A DNA stretch of 64,000 nt from NCBI GenBank assembly GCA_021107795.1, contig JAIOSB010000027.1:290-64289 (forward strand). Reading direction: 5' to 3'. The notes below the pieces were generated by a model. The model was not told the DNA's origin, made no database searches, and saw nothing but the letters and a program-made list of their open reading frames with translations. This document shows, one piece after another, positions 1 to 10,897 of the stretch. The DNA comes from a bacterium. Its GTDB lineage: Bacteria > Patescibacteriota > Dojkabacteria > SC72. The position numbers were made by a program, and so were the translations under genes. Numbering within the stretch: position 1 is the stretch's first letter; every line of letters starts with the position of its first letter.

Positions 1-1148
1 ACACCTTTACCTACTGTTTGTCCTCCTTCTCTAATTGCAAATGTTTGACCATCCTCAAGAGCTACTGGAGCAACTAAGGTAACGCTAAACTGTGTATTAT
101 CACCAGGAGCCACCATTTCAGTACCTTCTGGGAGTGTTACATCACCAGTTACATCTGCAGTTCTGATGTAGAACTGTGGCTTGTATCCACTTACAAATGG
201 AGTATGTCTTCCACCTTCTTCTTTGCTTAGGATATATACCTCAGCTTTAAATTCGGTGTGAGTTTTTATAGATCCTGGAGCACAGAGAACTTGACCTCTC
301 TCTACATCCTCTCTCTTAAATCCTCTTAAAAGAATACCTACATTATCACCAGCTTGAGCATCTTGCATGCTCTTGTTGAACATCTCAACACCAGTTACTG
401 TAGTTTTCTGATCTTTCCTACCCATTCCGAGAACCTCTACCTCTTCAGTTAATTTGATAGTACCTCTGTCAATTCTTCCTGTTGTTACTGTACCTCTACC
501 TTCGATAGAGAAAACATCCTCGATAGCCATAAGGAATGGCTTCTCGACATCTCTTTTAGGAATCTCAATGAATGAGTCTACAGCTGCCATAAGTTCTTTT
601 GCTGCAGCAAGGCCTTCTTCTTCACCTTTCTCAGCTGCTAATGCACTACCTACAACAATTGGAGCTTTCTCATCAAATCCATACTTCTTGAGAAGATCCC
701 CAACATCTGCTTTGATAAGTTCTATAATTTCCTCATCAGCACCAGGGAATTTGTTGATGAAAACAACAATCTTAGGAACACCAACCTGCTTTGCAAGCAA
801 TAAGTGCTCTTTTGTTTGTGGCATTGCACCATCATCAGAAGATATAACTAAAATTGCACCATCCATTTGTGCTGCACCTGTGATCATATTCTTAATATAA
901 TCTTTATGACCAGGACAATCTACTAATGCATAATGTCTGCTCTCTGTCTCAAACTCTACGTGTGCAACAGAAATTGTCAATGACTTTGCTCTTGAATCTG
1001 GATCCTTATCAAGCTTGTCAATCATTTTACTAGCCTCTTCTGAATGGGCATTTAGGATACCTCTAACCAAAGTAGTTTTACCGTGATCTACGTGTCCCAA
1101 TGTACCGATATTCATATGGGGCTTTGTTCTTACGAATACATCTGCCAT
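1..1148 (-). CDS. tuf: Elongation factor Tu; its C-terminal end runs off the window start
   Basis: Minus-strand translation from the ATG at ~1146-1148 reads [27 protein letters not shown]...DCPGHKDY...NKFP... These are the classic EF-Tu G-motifs, and the ORF stays open to coordinate 1. The plus-strand ORF 454-900 is antisense noise inside it. Confidence 0.95.
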   Translation of the reverse strand, partial: MADVFVRTKPHMNIGTLGHVDHGKTTLVRGILNAHSEEASKMIDKLDKDPDSRAKSLTISVAHVEFETESRHYALVDCPGHKDYIKNMITGAAQMDGAILVISSDDGAMPQTKEHLLLAKQVGVPKIVVFINKFPGADEEIIELIKADVGDLLKKYGFDEKAPIVVGSALAAEKGEEEGLAAAKELMAAVDSFIEIPKRDVEKPFLMAIEDVFSIEGRGTVTTGRIDRGTIKLTEEVEVLGMGRKDQKTTVTGVEMFNKSMQDAQAGDNVGILLRGFKREDVERGQVLCAPGSIKTHTEFKAEVYILSKEEGGRHTPFVSGYKPQFYIRTADVTGDVTLPEGTEMVAPGDNTQFSVTLVAPVALEDGQTFAIREGGQTVGKG

Positions 1149-1446
1149 GAATATTAAAATAAATAATTTATATATATAATATGTTTATTAACATACTTTA
1201 AGATTCTCAAACTGAGAACCTGCGCTGAATGTTATCAAAAAGTTGGTCTTTTTGCAAGAGGTTTCCTTATTTTACCAAGAAAAGATTCTCTCTAGAAACC
1301 CTCCAAGCATGGCATGGTCTGTCCTATAATATAGTTTTTGCAAACAAGAGACCTAATTATCACCATACCTAAGGTGTTATATCTCCTTTCTGGTGTGCAC
1401 GGACTTGTAAATATGTGGAATTAAGAAACCCTGTCGTAAAGCCTAT

Positions 1447-2088
1447 TTAAGAAGTTTCTGAGATTTTGAATTTCTCGTATTTTTTAATCTCAAACAATTT
1501 TCCGTTGTCTATCATCAAACCATACAGTAAACCAAAAGCACTTGGATTTAAAACATGGAAGTTCTGATTAGTAGCTCCATAGTGTGTATGACCACAGATT
1601 AGGAATCTCTTTTCCCCTGCCCAATTCCCCTTAATATCATCTATCTGACATTTAAACATATTGAGGAAACTCTTCCCTACAATTTTAAAACCGTAATATT
1701 GAATCCAATACCCATATTTTTTTAGAAACTCCAAGTTCAAATCGTCTACCAGTCCATGCCCATGTTCAAAATGTAGATTTAGCCCATCTAGATCTAAGTC
1801 TATTGCTTCTGACTGAGTTTCGGAGAACAGATTTGCGTTATTATCAGAGCGTTCTTTGGAATCATGATTACCAAAGATGTAATGTGCACCTTTTGACTTT
1901 AATAATGGGAAAAGCTCTTTCTTCCAGTCAGAATTAATAAATTCTTCGAATGTACAAAGTTCACTGTCCCAGAAATCTCCACATATTATTACTTTATCTG
2001 CTTTCTCACACCAGTATTTTACCCAATCGAAAAACTTTTTATCGTACTTTACTCGAAGATGACTGTCGGAGAATACAAAAACTTTCAT
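1447..2088 (-). CDS. Calcineurin-like metallophosphoesterase
   Basis: Motifs in order: SDSH ... GDFWD ... GNHD ... GHTH. Confidence 0.7.
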   Translation of the reverse strand: MKVFVFSDSHLRVKYDKKFFDWVKYWCEKADKVIICGDFWDSELCTFEEFINSDWKKELFPLLKSKGAHYIFGNHDSKERSDNNANLFSETQSEAIDLDLDGLNLHFEHGHGLVDDLNLEFLKKYGYWIQYYGFKIVGKSFLNMFKCQIDDIKGNWAGEKRFLICGHTHYGATNQNFHVLNPSAFGLLYGLMIDNGKLFEIKKYEKFKISETS

Positions 2089-2112
2089 AGGATTAATATA
2101 TATTGTAGAGTT

Positions 2113-4209
2113 CTATACATCACTTCCTGAGAGTTCTTCTGTTACACTCTTTGGCACTTCTGAGTATTTCTCAAACTCAACATTTGCACTACCCCTACCA
2201 CTAGTAATTGATCTCAGTTCACTTGTATATCCGAAGAGTTCTGCTAGAGGGACAAATGCTTTAACTAGAGTAATTCCATTCCCAATACTCTCAGACCCTT
2301 GGATTTGACCTCTCTTACTACTCAAGGATGCGGTTATATCTCCCATATTAGCATCTGGCATTTCTACTTCTACCTTCATCAAAGGCTCAAGGAGTATAGG
2401 TTTTGCTCTCTTACATCCAGATTTGAAGGCCATAGATCCTGCAACTTTAAATGCAGACTCTGAAGAATCTACTTCATGGTAAGAACCATCATATACCGTT
2501 ACCTTTATATCTACTACTGGATATCCAGCGACTACACCAGATTTCATAGATTCTACTACACCTTTTTGTATAGAAGGTATGAATTCTTTAGGGATAGATC
2601 CTCCTTTAATAGCATTAACAAATTCGAATCCTTTACCGGCCTGATTAGGTTCCAATTTAAGCCAACAGTGTCCATATTGTCCCTTACCACCAGACTGTTT
2701 GACATACCTACCTTCACTTTCCTCACATATATTTTTAATTGTCTCTCTATATGCTACCTGTGGTTTCCCTACATTCGCTATTACATTAAATTCTCTCTTC
2801 ATACGGTCTACCATAATTTCGAGATGCAATTCACCCATTCCAGAAATAATAGTTTGTCCCGTCTCATGATTAGTTTCTACTTTAAATGTAGGGTCTTCCT
2901 TTGCAAGCTTAGCAAGTGCTGTACCCATCTTCTCTTCATCAGATTTAGTGGCTGGTTCAACAGCTTGAGATACAACTGGTACCGCAAATACAATTTGTTC
3001 AAGAATAATATGCTCTTTCTCATCACAAAGTGTATCTCCCGTTGTTGAATCCTTAAGCCCTACAATTGCTCCAATATCTCCTGCTCTCAACATATCTACT
3101 TCTTCCCTGTCATCAGCATGCATTAATACAAGTCTACCGACTCTTTCTCTTATCCCTTTAGTTGAGTTGTAAACATAACTTCCTGCCTTAAGAGTCCCTG
3201 AGTACATTCTAAAGTAGGATAATGTCCCAATATGTGGATCACTTACAATCTTAAATACTAAAGATGAGAATGGTTCATTTTCATCTGGTTTTCTTTCAAT
3301 CTCTTCTTTAGTTTTAGGATCAATACCTTTAATAGCAGGAACATCAAGTGGAGATGGCAAACAGATAGTGATGTAATCAAGAAGTGTCCGAGCCATTGCA
3401 GATCTACCATCGCCTCCCATTACAGGGTACATATCTCCTGCAATAGTAGCTTTCCTAAGTGCACCATATAACTCATCTACTGTAATTTCTTCTCCTGCGA
3501 AATATTTCTCCATCAAACTGTCTTCCTGCTCTACAAGTTTCTCAAGCAAAATCTCTCTATATTTCTTCACCATATCATTCATTTCCTCTGGGATTTCTCT
3601 CTCTACTAATTCTGGAGAGTCTATTCCATCATATTGATATGCCTTCATCTGTATCAAATCTACATATCCATTAAGTTCTGTCTCTCTTCCAATTGGGAGA
3701 TTAATAGCAGTTGCTTTTGGACTTAACCTCTCCTTAATTGTACCAAAACTCTTTTCGAAATCTCCACCAATTAGATTTATCTTGTTCATAAAACAGATTC
3801 TAGGAACATTATATTTGTTTGCTTGTCTCCAGACTGTCTCTGATTGTGGTTCTACACCTTTCCTCCCATCAAAAAGAACAACAGCACCATCTAATACCCT
3901 AAGAGATCTCTCAACCTCTGCTGTAAAATCTACATGGCCAGGGGTATCTATAATATTGATTCTGTGATCCTTCTTTTTATACTCCCAAAAACATGTAACA
4001 GCTGCTGACATAATAGTAATCCCTCTCTCTTGCTCTTGCTCCATGAAGTCTGTAGTTGCAGCACCATCATGTACCTCTCCAATCTTGTGTGTTTGTCCTG
4101 TAAAGAAAAGTAGCCTCTCAGTAGTAGTAGTCTTTCCAGCGTCGATATGAGCAATGATACCAATGTTTCTCACTAACTCTAAGGGCATCTTAATATTGTA
4201 GGTTTCCAT
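2113..4209 (-). CDS. fusA: Elongation factor G
   Basis: 698 aa, [20 protein letters not shown]...DTPGHVDF..., full EF-G domain order; sits upstream of tuf as in the str operon. Confidence 0.95.
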   Translation of the reverse strand: METYNIKMPLELVRNIGIIAHIDAGKTTTTERLLFFTGQTHKIGEVHDGAATTDFMEQEQERGITIMSAAVTCFWEYKKKDHRINIIDTPGHVDFTAEVERSLRVLDGAVVLFDGRKGVEPQSETVWRQANKYNVPRICFMNKINLIGGDFEKSFGTIKERLSPKATAINLPIGRETELNGYVDLIQMKAYQYDGIDSPELVEREIPEEMNDMVKKYREILLEKLVEQEDSLMEKYFAGEEITVDELYGALRKATIAGDMYPVMGGDGRSAMARTLLDYITICLPSPLDVPAIKGIDPKTKEEIERKPDENEPFSSLVFKIVSDPHIGTLSYFRMYSGTLKAGSYVYNSTKGIRERVGRLVLMHADDREEVDMLRAGDIGAIVGLKDSTTGDTLCDEKEHIILEQIVFAVPVVSQAVEPATKSDEEKMGTALAKLAKEDPTFKVETNHETGQTIISGMGELHLEIMVDRMKREFNVIANVGKPQVAYRETIKNICEESEGRYVKQSGGKGQYGHCWLKLEPNQAGKGFEFVNAIKGGSIPKEFIPSIQKGVVESMKSGVVAGYPVVDIKVTVYDGSYHEVDSSESAFKVAGSMAFKSGCKRAKPILLEPLMKVEVEMPDANMGDITASLSSKRGQIQGSESIGNGITLVKAFVPLAELFGYTSELRSITSGRGSANVEFEKYSEVPKSVTEELSGSDV

Positions 4210-4282
4210 AAAAATATAACTAAATTATAAGTAAATCACTTTTCATAAACAGAAAATAGTGTACGATACGCATTATATCAAA

Positions 4283-5728
4283 CTATTCTACCTGTGCCAA
4301 CAATTTCTCAACTTCAATAGAGACATTTCCTTCTAAATCATACTCCAAAGCACTCTCAAAATTGCTTTTTGCCGACACTTCATCACCACTATCTAGATCA
4401 AATACCCCTTTCATCCAGTAGTACTGGGGATTGAATCTGTCTAAAGATAGAAGTATTTCTAAATCAGAACTTACACTCTCTAACTCCCCTTTATCAAGAG
4501 CATTCCTTATACTCCAGAATAGATATTCTTTTTTCTCACTATCCTGCAGACTCATCTCAGAAAGTTTCCCAAGATAGTAGTTTAACTTAGCATCATTTTG
4601 TGCATTGTAATATAATTCCACCCCTATTAAATACAACCAATCCTCTTTGATATCCTTAACAATATTAGAGTACACTTCTTGAGACTTGGTGGTTTGATTA
4701 GATGAAATAAGGATGTGTAAATACTCTTTAATCAAGTCTTCTTCTAAATCTACTCCTGAGTATCCCACAGCCCTATCGTAATATATGATGGCATTAACTA
4801 AATCATCTTGATGGTAGTAAGCTCTACCCAACATCCAGTATTTCTGATTTTCATATCCAATTAAACTTACAGATTGAAGTAAAACCTCCACTGCTTTTTC
4901 ATAATTACCACCATCAAGATACGCTTTCCCTAGAATATACAATCCATCTACATATTGTGCTAATCCTTCAATCTCTGACTCCAGTATAGAGATAGTTAGT
5001 GTAGGATACCCATTATTAATATATATTCTCCCCAACTTCGCCTTGTTAAATAGTTCATCCTCATCAAGAGAGGTAAGTACAAACATATATTCATCAAAGT
5101 ATCCACTCCATTCCGTATTTATTACAGTGTAATCATCTAATATATTTACAGCTTTTGTATTATCCTGAGAACCTACTATATATGCGTAAAGAAGAGTTGC
5201 TTCGTCAGAGGTGACATCATCATATTTTTTCTGTAAGAGGTCTTTTGCCCTATCTATCTTCCCATTGAGTACACAAGATTTCGCTAGACCTAGATTAACA
5301 GTAGGATTACTATTTAAAGATGCTGCCAGTTCATAGTTGATATTTGCATTGTAGTAGTCCTTGCTATCGTAATATTTCTCAGCAATACTTGCATATATCA
5401 GGCTACAATCAGAAGAGGATAATGAATTCTGAGATTTGTTAGCAACTTCTAAGGCTGAATCAAAATCGTTTTTTGCTAAATATATGTCTATAATTCTCGA
5501 GTATGCTTTACCGTCTGTATGCACTATCTTTATCGACTCATTGTACTTTGATATCGCTTCTGAGTATTCTTTGGCACTCAAAAGAACATCTCCCTGTTCT
5601 ACTATTTGTTCATATTGTTCAAGCTCAGCTTGTGTAGGAGGTCTGAAGTAAAAATATGCAAATACACCACCTGCTACAAGGAGTATACCCATTATTATGG
5701 AAACTATTACCAGAACTTTCTTTTTCAT
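4283..5728 (-). CDS. Membrane-anchored TPR-repeat protein
   Basis: N-terminal TM helix (LVIVSIIMGILLVAGGVFAYFYF) followed by many 34-residue TPR-like repeats with conserved A/Y/L spacing. Confidence 0.6.
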   Translation of the reverse strand: MKKKVLVIVSIIMGILLVAGGVFAYFYFRPPTQAELEQYEQIVEQGDVLLSAKEYSEAISKYNESIKIVHTDGKAYSRIIDIYLAKNDFDSALEVANKSQNSLSSSDCSLIYASIAEKYYDSKDYYNANINYELAASLNSNPTVNLGLAKSCVLNGKIDRAKDLLQKKYDDVTSDEATLLYAYIVGSQDNTKAVNILDDYTVINTEWSGYFDEYMFVLTSLDEDELFNKAKLGRIYINNGYPTLTISILESEIEGLAQYVDGLYILGKAYLDGGNYEKAVEVLLQSVSLIGYENQKYWMLGRAYYHQDDLVNAIIYYDRAVGYSGVDLEEDLIKEYLHILISSNQTTKSQEVYSNIVKDIKEDWLYLIGVELYYNAQNDAKLNYYLGKLSEMSLQDSEKKEYLFWSIRNALDKGELESVSSDLEILLSLDRFNPQYYWMKGVFDLDSGDEVSAKSNFESALEYDLEGNVSIEVEKLLAQVE

Positions 5729-5806
5729 ACTATTTCTAGCATAATTTAGAGCTAGATAATTGTCAAATTTAACTTACAAAGTAATCATGATATACTCGTA
5801 CACATT

Positions 5807-6730
5807 ATGAAAACTTCAAAGTTAGTAATCCTAACTTCTACAATCTGTCTTTCCCTGCTACTTCCAATTATTTTAATAGGTGTTAATCCTAAATATACCT
5901 ATGCGCATGATACAAAAGATGTTGTTGATATTCCTACTGTTTTGTTTGATTTGAATACTCAAGAGGTAAATCATGTGTTTGATTTGAGTCTAGTCACTGT
6001 AGTTATCAATGGAAGGCCTACACAGGTATTGACAAAGAGAACAGATGTTTTTGATTTGTTGAGGGATCTTGGGGTAGTGGTAGATAATAGTAAGAGGATT
6101 GTGAGTATTTCTCAAGAGGTGCAATCAGGGAGTGTAATTAGGGTAATAACTGTGGGGACAGTTGTAGAGGAACTAAATATTGACATACCTTTTGAAACAG
6201 AAAGAATTAATACAAAGGATATTCCATATGGTGATACTTTGGTCTCACAAAAGGGTGTACTTGGTATACGTACACAACAGATAGAGAAGGTTTATGAAGA
6301 TGGGAAGTTGGTATCAGAGGTTATTCTCTCTGAGGTTATTACTAGAAAGGCTAAGGGAGAAATCATTAAGGTCGGAGTATTAAGTTATGGTATTGCGGAT
6401 TTAGAGAAGACTTATGGGTACAATTGTACACATTGGAGGGGAGTTGTTAATAGTGGGAACTATACAGAAAGGGAGAAGGAGTGGTTAAACTTTGTAATGT
6501 ATTGTGAGTCTGGTTGTAATGCAGAGAGTGATAAAAACTCCGTATACAAAGGTCTTTACCAATGGAACCCAAGATATTGGAATATATTCTATCCTAAGGA
6601 TAATATTTATGATGGTTATGCTCAAATTGAAAACACTATAATAAAAATTAGAAAGGGTGCAAAGCTTTACTCATACTGGCCTGATTGTCATAGAAAGTAT
6701 GTAGCTAAGTATGGGGAGTATGATAGATAG
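5807..6730 (+). CDS. RpfB-like secreted protein (DUF348 - G5 - Rpf-type lysozyme-like transglycosylase domain)
   Basis: Signal/TM N-terminus. The DUF348-like segment is VINGRPTQVLTKRTDVFDLLRDLGV. The G5-like segment is YGDTLVSQKGVLGIRTQQIEKVYEDGKLVSEV. The C-terminal VMYCESGCNAESDKNSVYKGLYQWNPRYW...YWPDC matches the Rpf motif CE(S/A)GGN...YYGGLQF.QGTW...W..C. Confidence 0.6.
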   Translation: MKTSKLVILTSTICLSLLLPIILIGVNPKYTYAHDTKDVVDIPTVLFDLNTQEVNHVFDLSLVTVVINGRPTQVLTKRTDVFDLLRDLGVVVDNSKRIVSISQEVQSGSVIRVITVGTVVEELNIDIPFETERINTKDIPYGDTLVSQKGVLGIRTQQIEKVYEDGKLVSEVILSEVITRKAKGEIIKVGVLSYGIADLEKTYGYNCTHWRGVVNSGNYTEREKEWLNFVMYCESGCNAESDKNSVYKGLYQWNPRYWNIFYPKDNIYDGYAQIENTIIKIRKGAKLYSYWPDCHRKYVAKYGEYDR

Positions 6731-8743
6731 CTAAGAATTCCAACTAAAGTACTCACAAATATCCTGTGGTATTTCTCCTAGAAACCTAGACGGTATTTGA
6801 TCGGAATAACCTTCTCTACTCCTTCTCCTCTCTGCAAATATCATATACAGCTTCTCCCTTGCCCTAGTAATCCCTACATAACAAAGCCTTCTCTCTTCTT
6901 CCAACCCCTTCTCATCCGTAAAAGATCGTGAATGAGGGAGTATTCCCTCCTCTACTCCTATCATAAAGATATAATCAAACTCCAAACCCTTAGATGAGTG
7001 TAATGTCATAAGATTAACATTCATACCACTCCCATCCTTATTCTTATCCTGCTCCTGTTCAATCAGCGCTATCTCTTGTAAGAAAATCTCCAGTGATTTA
7101 TCACCATACTTAGTTACATAGGTATTAGCCACATTCTTTAGCTCTTCAATATTCTCTATCTTGTACTGTGCTTGTTCAGTACCATCATCTATAGATTGTA
7201 TATATTTTGTTTGAGATAGGACTCTCTCTATTACCTCTAAGGCATCTTTGCCTTGTGAACTCACATATATACTACCAAATACAACCACTACAGACTGATA
7301 TTTATTTATATCCTCTATATATGGCTCTACACTCTTAATTATCGTCTTATCAAAACTCGTACTCTCTCTAAACTCAGGATTATTCACAAGATATGCACCA
7401 ACCAGTAACTCTCCAAGAGTACACTGCACCATCTTAGCAATATCATGTAACTTAGCCACACTCTTCGGACCCATCTTACGACTTGGTACATTAATCACTC
7501 TACTTAGACTAAGTTCATCCTTTAAATTCACTACACACCGGAGGTAACTAAGAACATCTTTTATTTCCTGCCTATCATAGAATCTAAAACCTCCAACCAA
7601 CTTGTAAGGCAATCCATTACTCAAAAGCGTCTCCTCTATCATTCTCGATTGGAAATTGGTACGGTAAAGCACCGCTATAGTTGATAGGTTGACTCCTTTT
7701 CTTCTTAACTCATTTATTTCATCTATGACATACTCGGCTTCTTCCTCCTGATCCCTTGCCTGATATACCGTTATCTCATCACCATTCCCTTTGTCCGTCC
7801 ACAACTCCTTCTCTATCCTTGTATTATTTTGTCCAATTACAGCAACTGCAGCCTCTATTACATTTTTCGTAGATCTATAATTCTGTTCTAGTTTAACAAC
7901 TTTCACATTTTTAAAATCTGTTTCAAATGATTGAATATTTTTAATATCAGCACCTCTCCATGTATATATACCTTGATCGTCATCTCCTACTACACAAAGA
8001 TTTTTGTACTTTGCAGATAGTAATTTAATAAATTTATACTGTACTGCATTAGTATCTTGATATTCATCTACCATGATATATTTGAATTTCTCTTGATATT
8101 TGCTTAATATTTTCTCATTCTCATCAAGTAACTTCACACAGAGGTAGAGTAGATCACCAAAATCAACACTATTTTGTGCAAGTAATTGTTTTTGATACTC
8201 CGGATATATTTGTGCAACAACATCTTCGATGTAACCACCATAGTGATTAGGAAATTGTTCTGCAGATATGAATTCGTTCTTTGCACTAGATATGAAATAT
8301 GCTATCGATTTAGGCTTTATCTGTTTTATATCTATATCTCTTTCTAAAAGCAATTCTTTTACTAAATTCTCTGAGTCGGATGAGTCATATATTGAAAAGT
8401 TTGATGTTAGTCCTAATTCTTTCGCATTCTGCCTTAGAATCATAGCCCCTATTGAATGGAATGTACCTATTACAGGTTGCAAACCTTCTTCCACCCCTAT
8501 ATCTTTTAGCATTTCAGCTACTCTTTCTTTCATCTCTCCAGCGGCTTTCTTAGTGAAGGTTACTGCTAGTATATTTGTTGGATTGATAGATTTTTTTGAT
8601 ATGAGGTATGCTATACGGTTAGTGATAACTCTGGTTTTACCAGATCCTGCTCCAGCAAATACAAGTAGTGGTCCTTCCGTATGTTGTACTGCAATCTTTT
8701 GTTGTGGATTAAGCCTAGACAGGATTACATCACCATTGTTCAT
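6731..8743 (-). CDS. uvrD: UvrD/PcrA-family ATP-dependent DNA helicase
   Basis: LNPQQKIAVQHTEGPLLVFAGAGSGKTRVITNRIAYLI (helicase motif I/Walker A), DEYQDTN motif II, and C-terminal ...GLEFDYIF...LCYVGITRA motifs. Confidence 0.9.
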   Translation of the reverse strand: MNNGDVILSRLNPQQKIAVQHTEGPLLVFAGAGSGKTRVITNRIAYLISKKSINPTNILAVTFTKKAAGEMKERVAEMLKDIGVEEGLQPVIGTFHSIGAMILRQNAKELGLTSNFSIYDSSDSENLVKELLLERDIDIKQIKPKSIAYFISSAKNEFISAEQFPNHYGGYIEDVVAQIYPEYQKQLLAQNSVDFGDLLYLCVKLLDENEKILSKYQEKFKYIMVDEYQDTNAVQYKFIKLLSAKYKNLCVVGDDDQGIYTWRGADIKNIQSFETDFKNVKVVKLEQNYRSTKNVIEAAVAVIGQNNTRIEKELWTDKGNGDEITVYQARDQEEEAEYVIDEINELRRKGVNLSTIAVLYRTNFQSRMIEETLLSNGLPYKLVGGFRFYDRQEIKDVLSYLRCVVNLKDELSLSRVINVPSRKMGPKSVAKLHDIAKMVQCTLGELLVGAYLVNNPEFRESTSFDKTIIKSVEPYIEDINKYQSVVVVFGSIYVSSQGKDALEVIERVLSQTKYIQSIDDGTEQAQYKIENIEELKNVANTYVTKYGDKSLEIFLQEIALIEQEQDKNKDGSGMNVNLMTLHSSKGLEFDYIFMIGVEEGILPHSRSFTDEKGLEEERRLCYVGITRAREKLYMIFAERRRSREGYSDQIPSRFLGEIPQDICEYFSWNS

Positions 8744-8770
8744 GTGACTAGTATTCTAATTAAGATACAA

Positions 8771-9940
8771 TTATATTTCTTTGGCATATTTACCATATAC
8801 CCAACCCTCTTTATCTTGCCCAAAGAGTATTTGATACCAACCTTCCTCTTCTTTTACTACAATATATACCTCCCCATCGTTCGCAACATCTATTTTCTCG
8901 CAGCTATACCACCTACATTCCCTTATATTCACGAACCCAAACTCTGGAGAGACCATTTTTACTAATGTATTATCACCTTTGGTTACAGTAAACTCAACCA
9001 CAAATTCAGAGTCTGAGAAGACTTCCTTCTTGAATTTGTAAATCTCGAATGTTTCTACATTTTCTCCGGGTAATACCTTAGGATCTAACTTAAATGTCAT
9101 CTCTATACTTTCTCCTGGTAGTACATATCTGTCAGAAGAAATATGTGTTGGTTTACTAAAACTGTCCCACTCCCCATTAAGAGCATATATACTTTCTTTA
9201 GAATCTTTCACTGATATATATATTGGGTATTTATCAGAAAGCCATACAAAGTCATTTCCATTCTTTATAGTTACTTTAACTTGCAGTGTATTCCCTATCT
9301 CTACAGCCTCTTCATATTCTACACTCTCAATCTCAGCTACATACTCCAAGTGTTCTCTCTCACTAACCTTCCATTCTTCTAGGCTATCACCAATTGATGA
9401 CTTAAACAGGTTGTTGGATTCCACTAGCTCAAGTTTTGAGAGAGTGGCTTCTGATTCTACGATATTGAAAGAATGGCTGTCATATTGAGTAATTCCATAT
9501 TTGTGAGATAGGTCATTCGCAAGTTCTAGAATGGAGGATTTTGCTTTACTACTTACTTGTGCATTATTCGATAGATATGCTACTACAATATATTTTGCAT
9601 CTGTAAGTTTTAAAGTATCTACATTTTGTGTACTGAATATATCTCCATTTTCATCAATTGCGTAGTGGAAAGGTATATTTCCTAGTTTCAGTTTTGTAAT
9701 TGAGTAGTAATATGTTACATCAAGGTAATCTTCTGTACTTAGGTTTAAGGTGTCGTAACTTCCCTCAACTTGCGTAAAGAGGATTTTAGTTGGTTGTTGG
9801 TATTGATATTCTACACCAGCGACTAGAGAAGTATCAAAATCGGAGTATGATTCTTCATATCCTAATATTGGAGTAGTAAATATTGCAAGGAAAAGGATTG
9901 TTAGTAAGATATTTTTAATTTTCATATCACATTGTACCAA
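8771..9940 (-). CDS. Secreted protein with C-terminal SH3b-like domain; possible cell-wall binding. An amidase_2-like N-region is uncertain.
   Basis: Signal peptide MKIKNILLTILFLAIFTTPILG, so the true start may be Met6. The C-terminus FVNIRECRWYSCEKIDV..GEVYIVVKEEEGWYQILFGQDKEGWVYGKY fits the bacterial SH3 pattern. The FHYAIDENGDIF...VVAYLSNN segment only weakly resembles amidase_2. Confidence 0.4.
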   Translation of the reverse strand: MVQCDMKIKNILLTILFLAIFTTPILGYEESYSDFDTSLVAGVEYQYQQPTKILFTQVEGSYDTLNLSTEDYLDVTYYYSITKLKLGNIPFHYAIDENGDIFSTQNVDTLKLTDAKYIVVAYLSNNAQVSSKAKSSILELANDLSHKYGITQYDSHSFNIVESEATLSKLELVESNNLFKSSIGDSLEEWKVSEREHLEYVAEIESVEYEEAVEIGNTLQVKVTIKNGNDFVWLSDKYPIYISVKDSKESIYALNGEWDSFSKPTHISSDRYVLPGESIEMTFKLDPKVLPGENVETFEIYKFKKEVFSDSEFVVEFTVTKGDNTLVKMVSPEFGFVNIRECRWYSCEKIDVANDGEVYIVVKEEEGWYQILFGQDKEGWVYGKYAKEI

Positions 9941-10882
9941 TTATTCTACACTTTTGACATATTCAGGATCAATTGCATTCATGAATCCTACAAAAGGTAC
10001 ACTAAAGAGTTCTTTTTCATATTCAACATCACATACTCCTGAGATTTCGTAGGAGTAGTATAGGTAGTTTTGATTACAATTGACAAAGTAAAGGACTGGT
10101 TCAACCGTATTGATAGAACATTTTTCATATTTTAATTCCACATCCATTGTCTCATATGAAAACTCGTCAACTTCTATCATTCCAGTTGCATCAATGGTTA
10201 TACTTTTAGGATATTGAGGAGAGGAGAGATATAATTCTAAAACATTGGTTTCCGCTATCATGGGGACTATATATTCCGATTTCTCAATTTGTGCTAGTAA
10301 TACTCTCGCAGTACTTAAATATCCGTTTGTTAAATAGAAATAGTCAGAGCTACCCGAGCCTACTTTCACCTCTTTTTCATCGATAATTCTATTAACCCTA
10401 TACATCCTAAAATTTTCTCCTTCGTCTATGATAGGGGTAGTATATTTAATTGAAGTGTCTAAGTAAGTCGATATGAATTCTTCTATGGTGCCAAATCTTA
10501 TCGCTTCAGGATATTTCGTAAGATTTATCATAAGGACTGTAGTGTCAATATCATATCTTAATACCTCCGCATTATCTTTCTCCCATTTTACAAAATTCAT
10601 ATCAGAGGTCTTTTGCAAACTACTATCTATTTCAAATGCAAATTGGTCTAGATATTCTGGGATTGTGTTAGATTTACAAATATAGAGGGGGGAATCTCCT
10701 GATTCAAGTTCCACATCTATTCTAAGATTGTATTCCTTGTAATCACTGAGGTAGGGATTTGCATCTACTAGCTCACTTTCTAATACGTTTGGCTGGAGTA
10801 AAGAGTAAAGAAGGAATATTCCTGCAAGAAGCATTGTTACTACACCTACCACTATTAAGATTTTTAATGTTTTTTTATTCAT
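9941..10882 (-). CDS. Hypothetical membrane-anchored extracellular protein
   Basis: N-terminal TM (LKILIVVGVVTMLLAGIFLLYSLL); no recognisable domain; stop/start abuts neighbouring genes. Confidence 0.45.
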   Translation of the reverse strand: MNKKTLKILIVVGVVTMLLAGIFLLYSLLQPNVLESELVDANPYLSDYKEYNLRIDVELESGDSPLYICKSNTIPEYLDQFAFEIDSSLQKTSDMNFVKWEKDNAEVLRYDIDTTVLMINLTKYPEAIRFGTIEEFISTYLDTSIKYTTPIIDEGENFRMYRVNRIIDEKEVKVGSGSSDYFYLTNGYLSTARVLLAQIEKSEYIVPMIAETNVLELYLSSPQYPKSITIDATGMIEVDEFSYETMDVELKYEKCSINTVEPVLYFVNCNQNYLYYSYEISGVCDVEYEKELFSVPFVGFMNAIDPEYVKSVE

Positions 10883-10897
10883 AATTTTTATTAATTA

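Noticed and set aside
454-900. 148-aa plus-strand ORF
   Set aside because: Lies entirely antisense within tuf, whose reading frame is unambiguous (EF-Tu G-motifs). Low-complexity Ser/Ala/Ile-rich translation is typical of antisense noise.
2476-3048. 190-aa plus-strand ORF and other internal ORFs (3782-3967, 3948-4163)
   Set aside because: They sit within and opposite fusA, and the translations are Tyr/Phe/Arg-rich nonsense. The same reasoning applies to the small ORFs embedded in the uvrD, pnp, infB, the 969-aa gene, the 1112-aa gene and the VirB4 gene (for example 8268-8747, 29231-29692, 11335-11566, 19617-19868, 52148-52351, 53481-53768).
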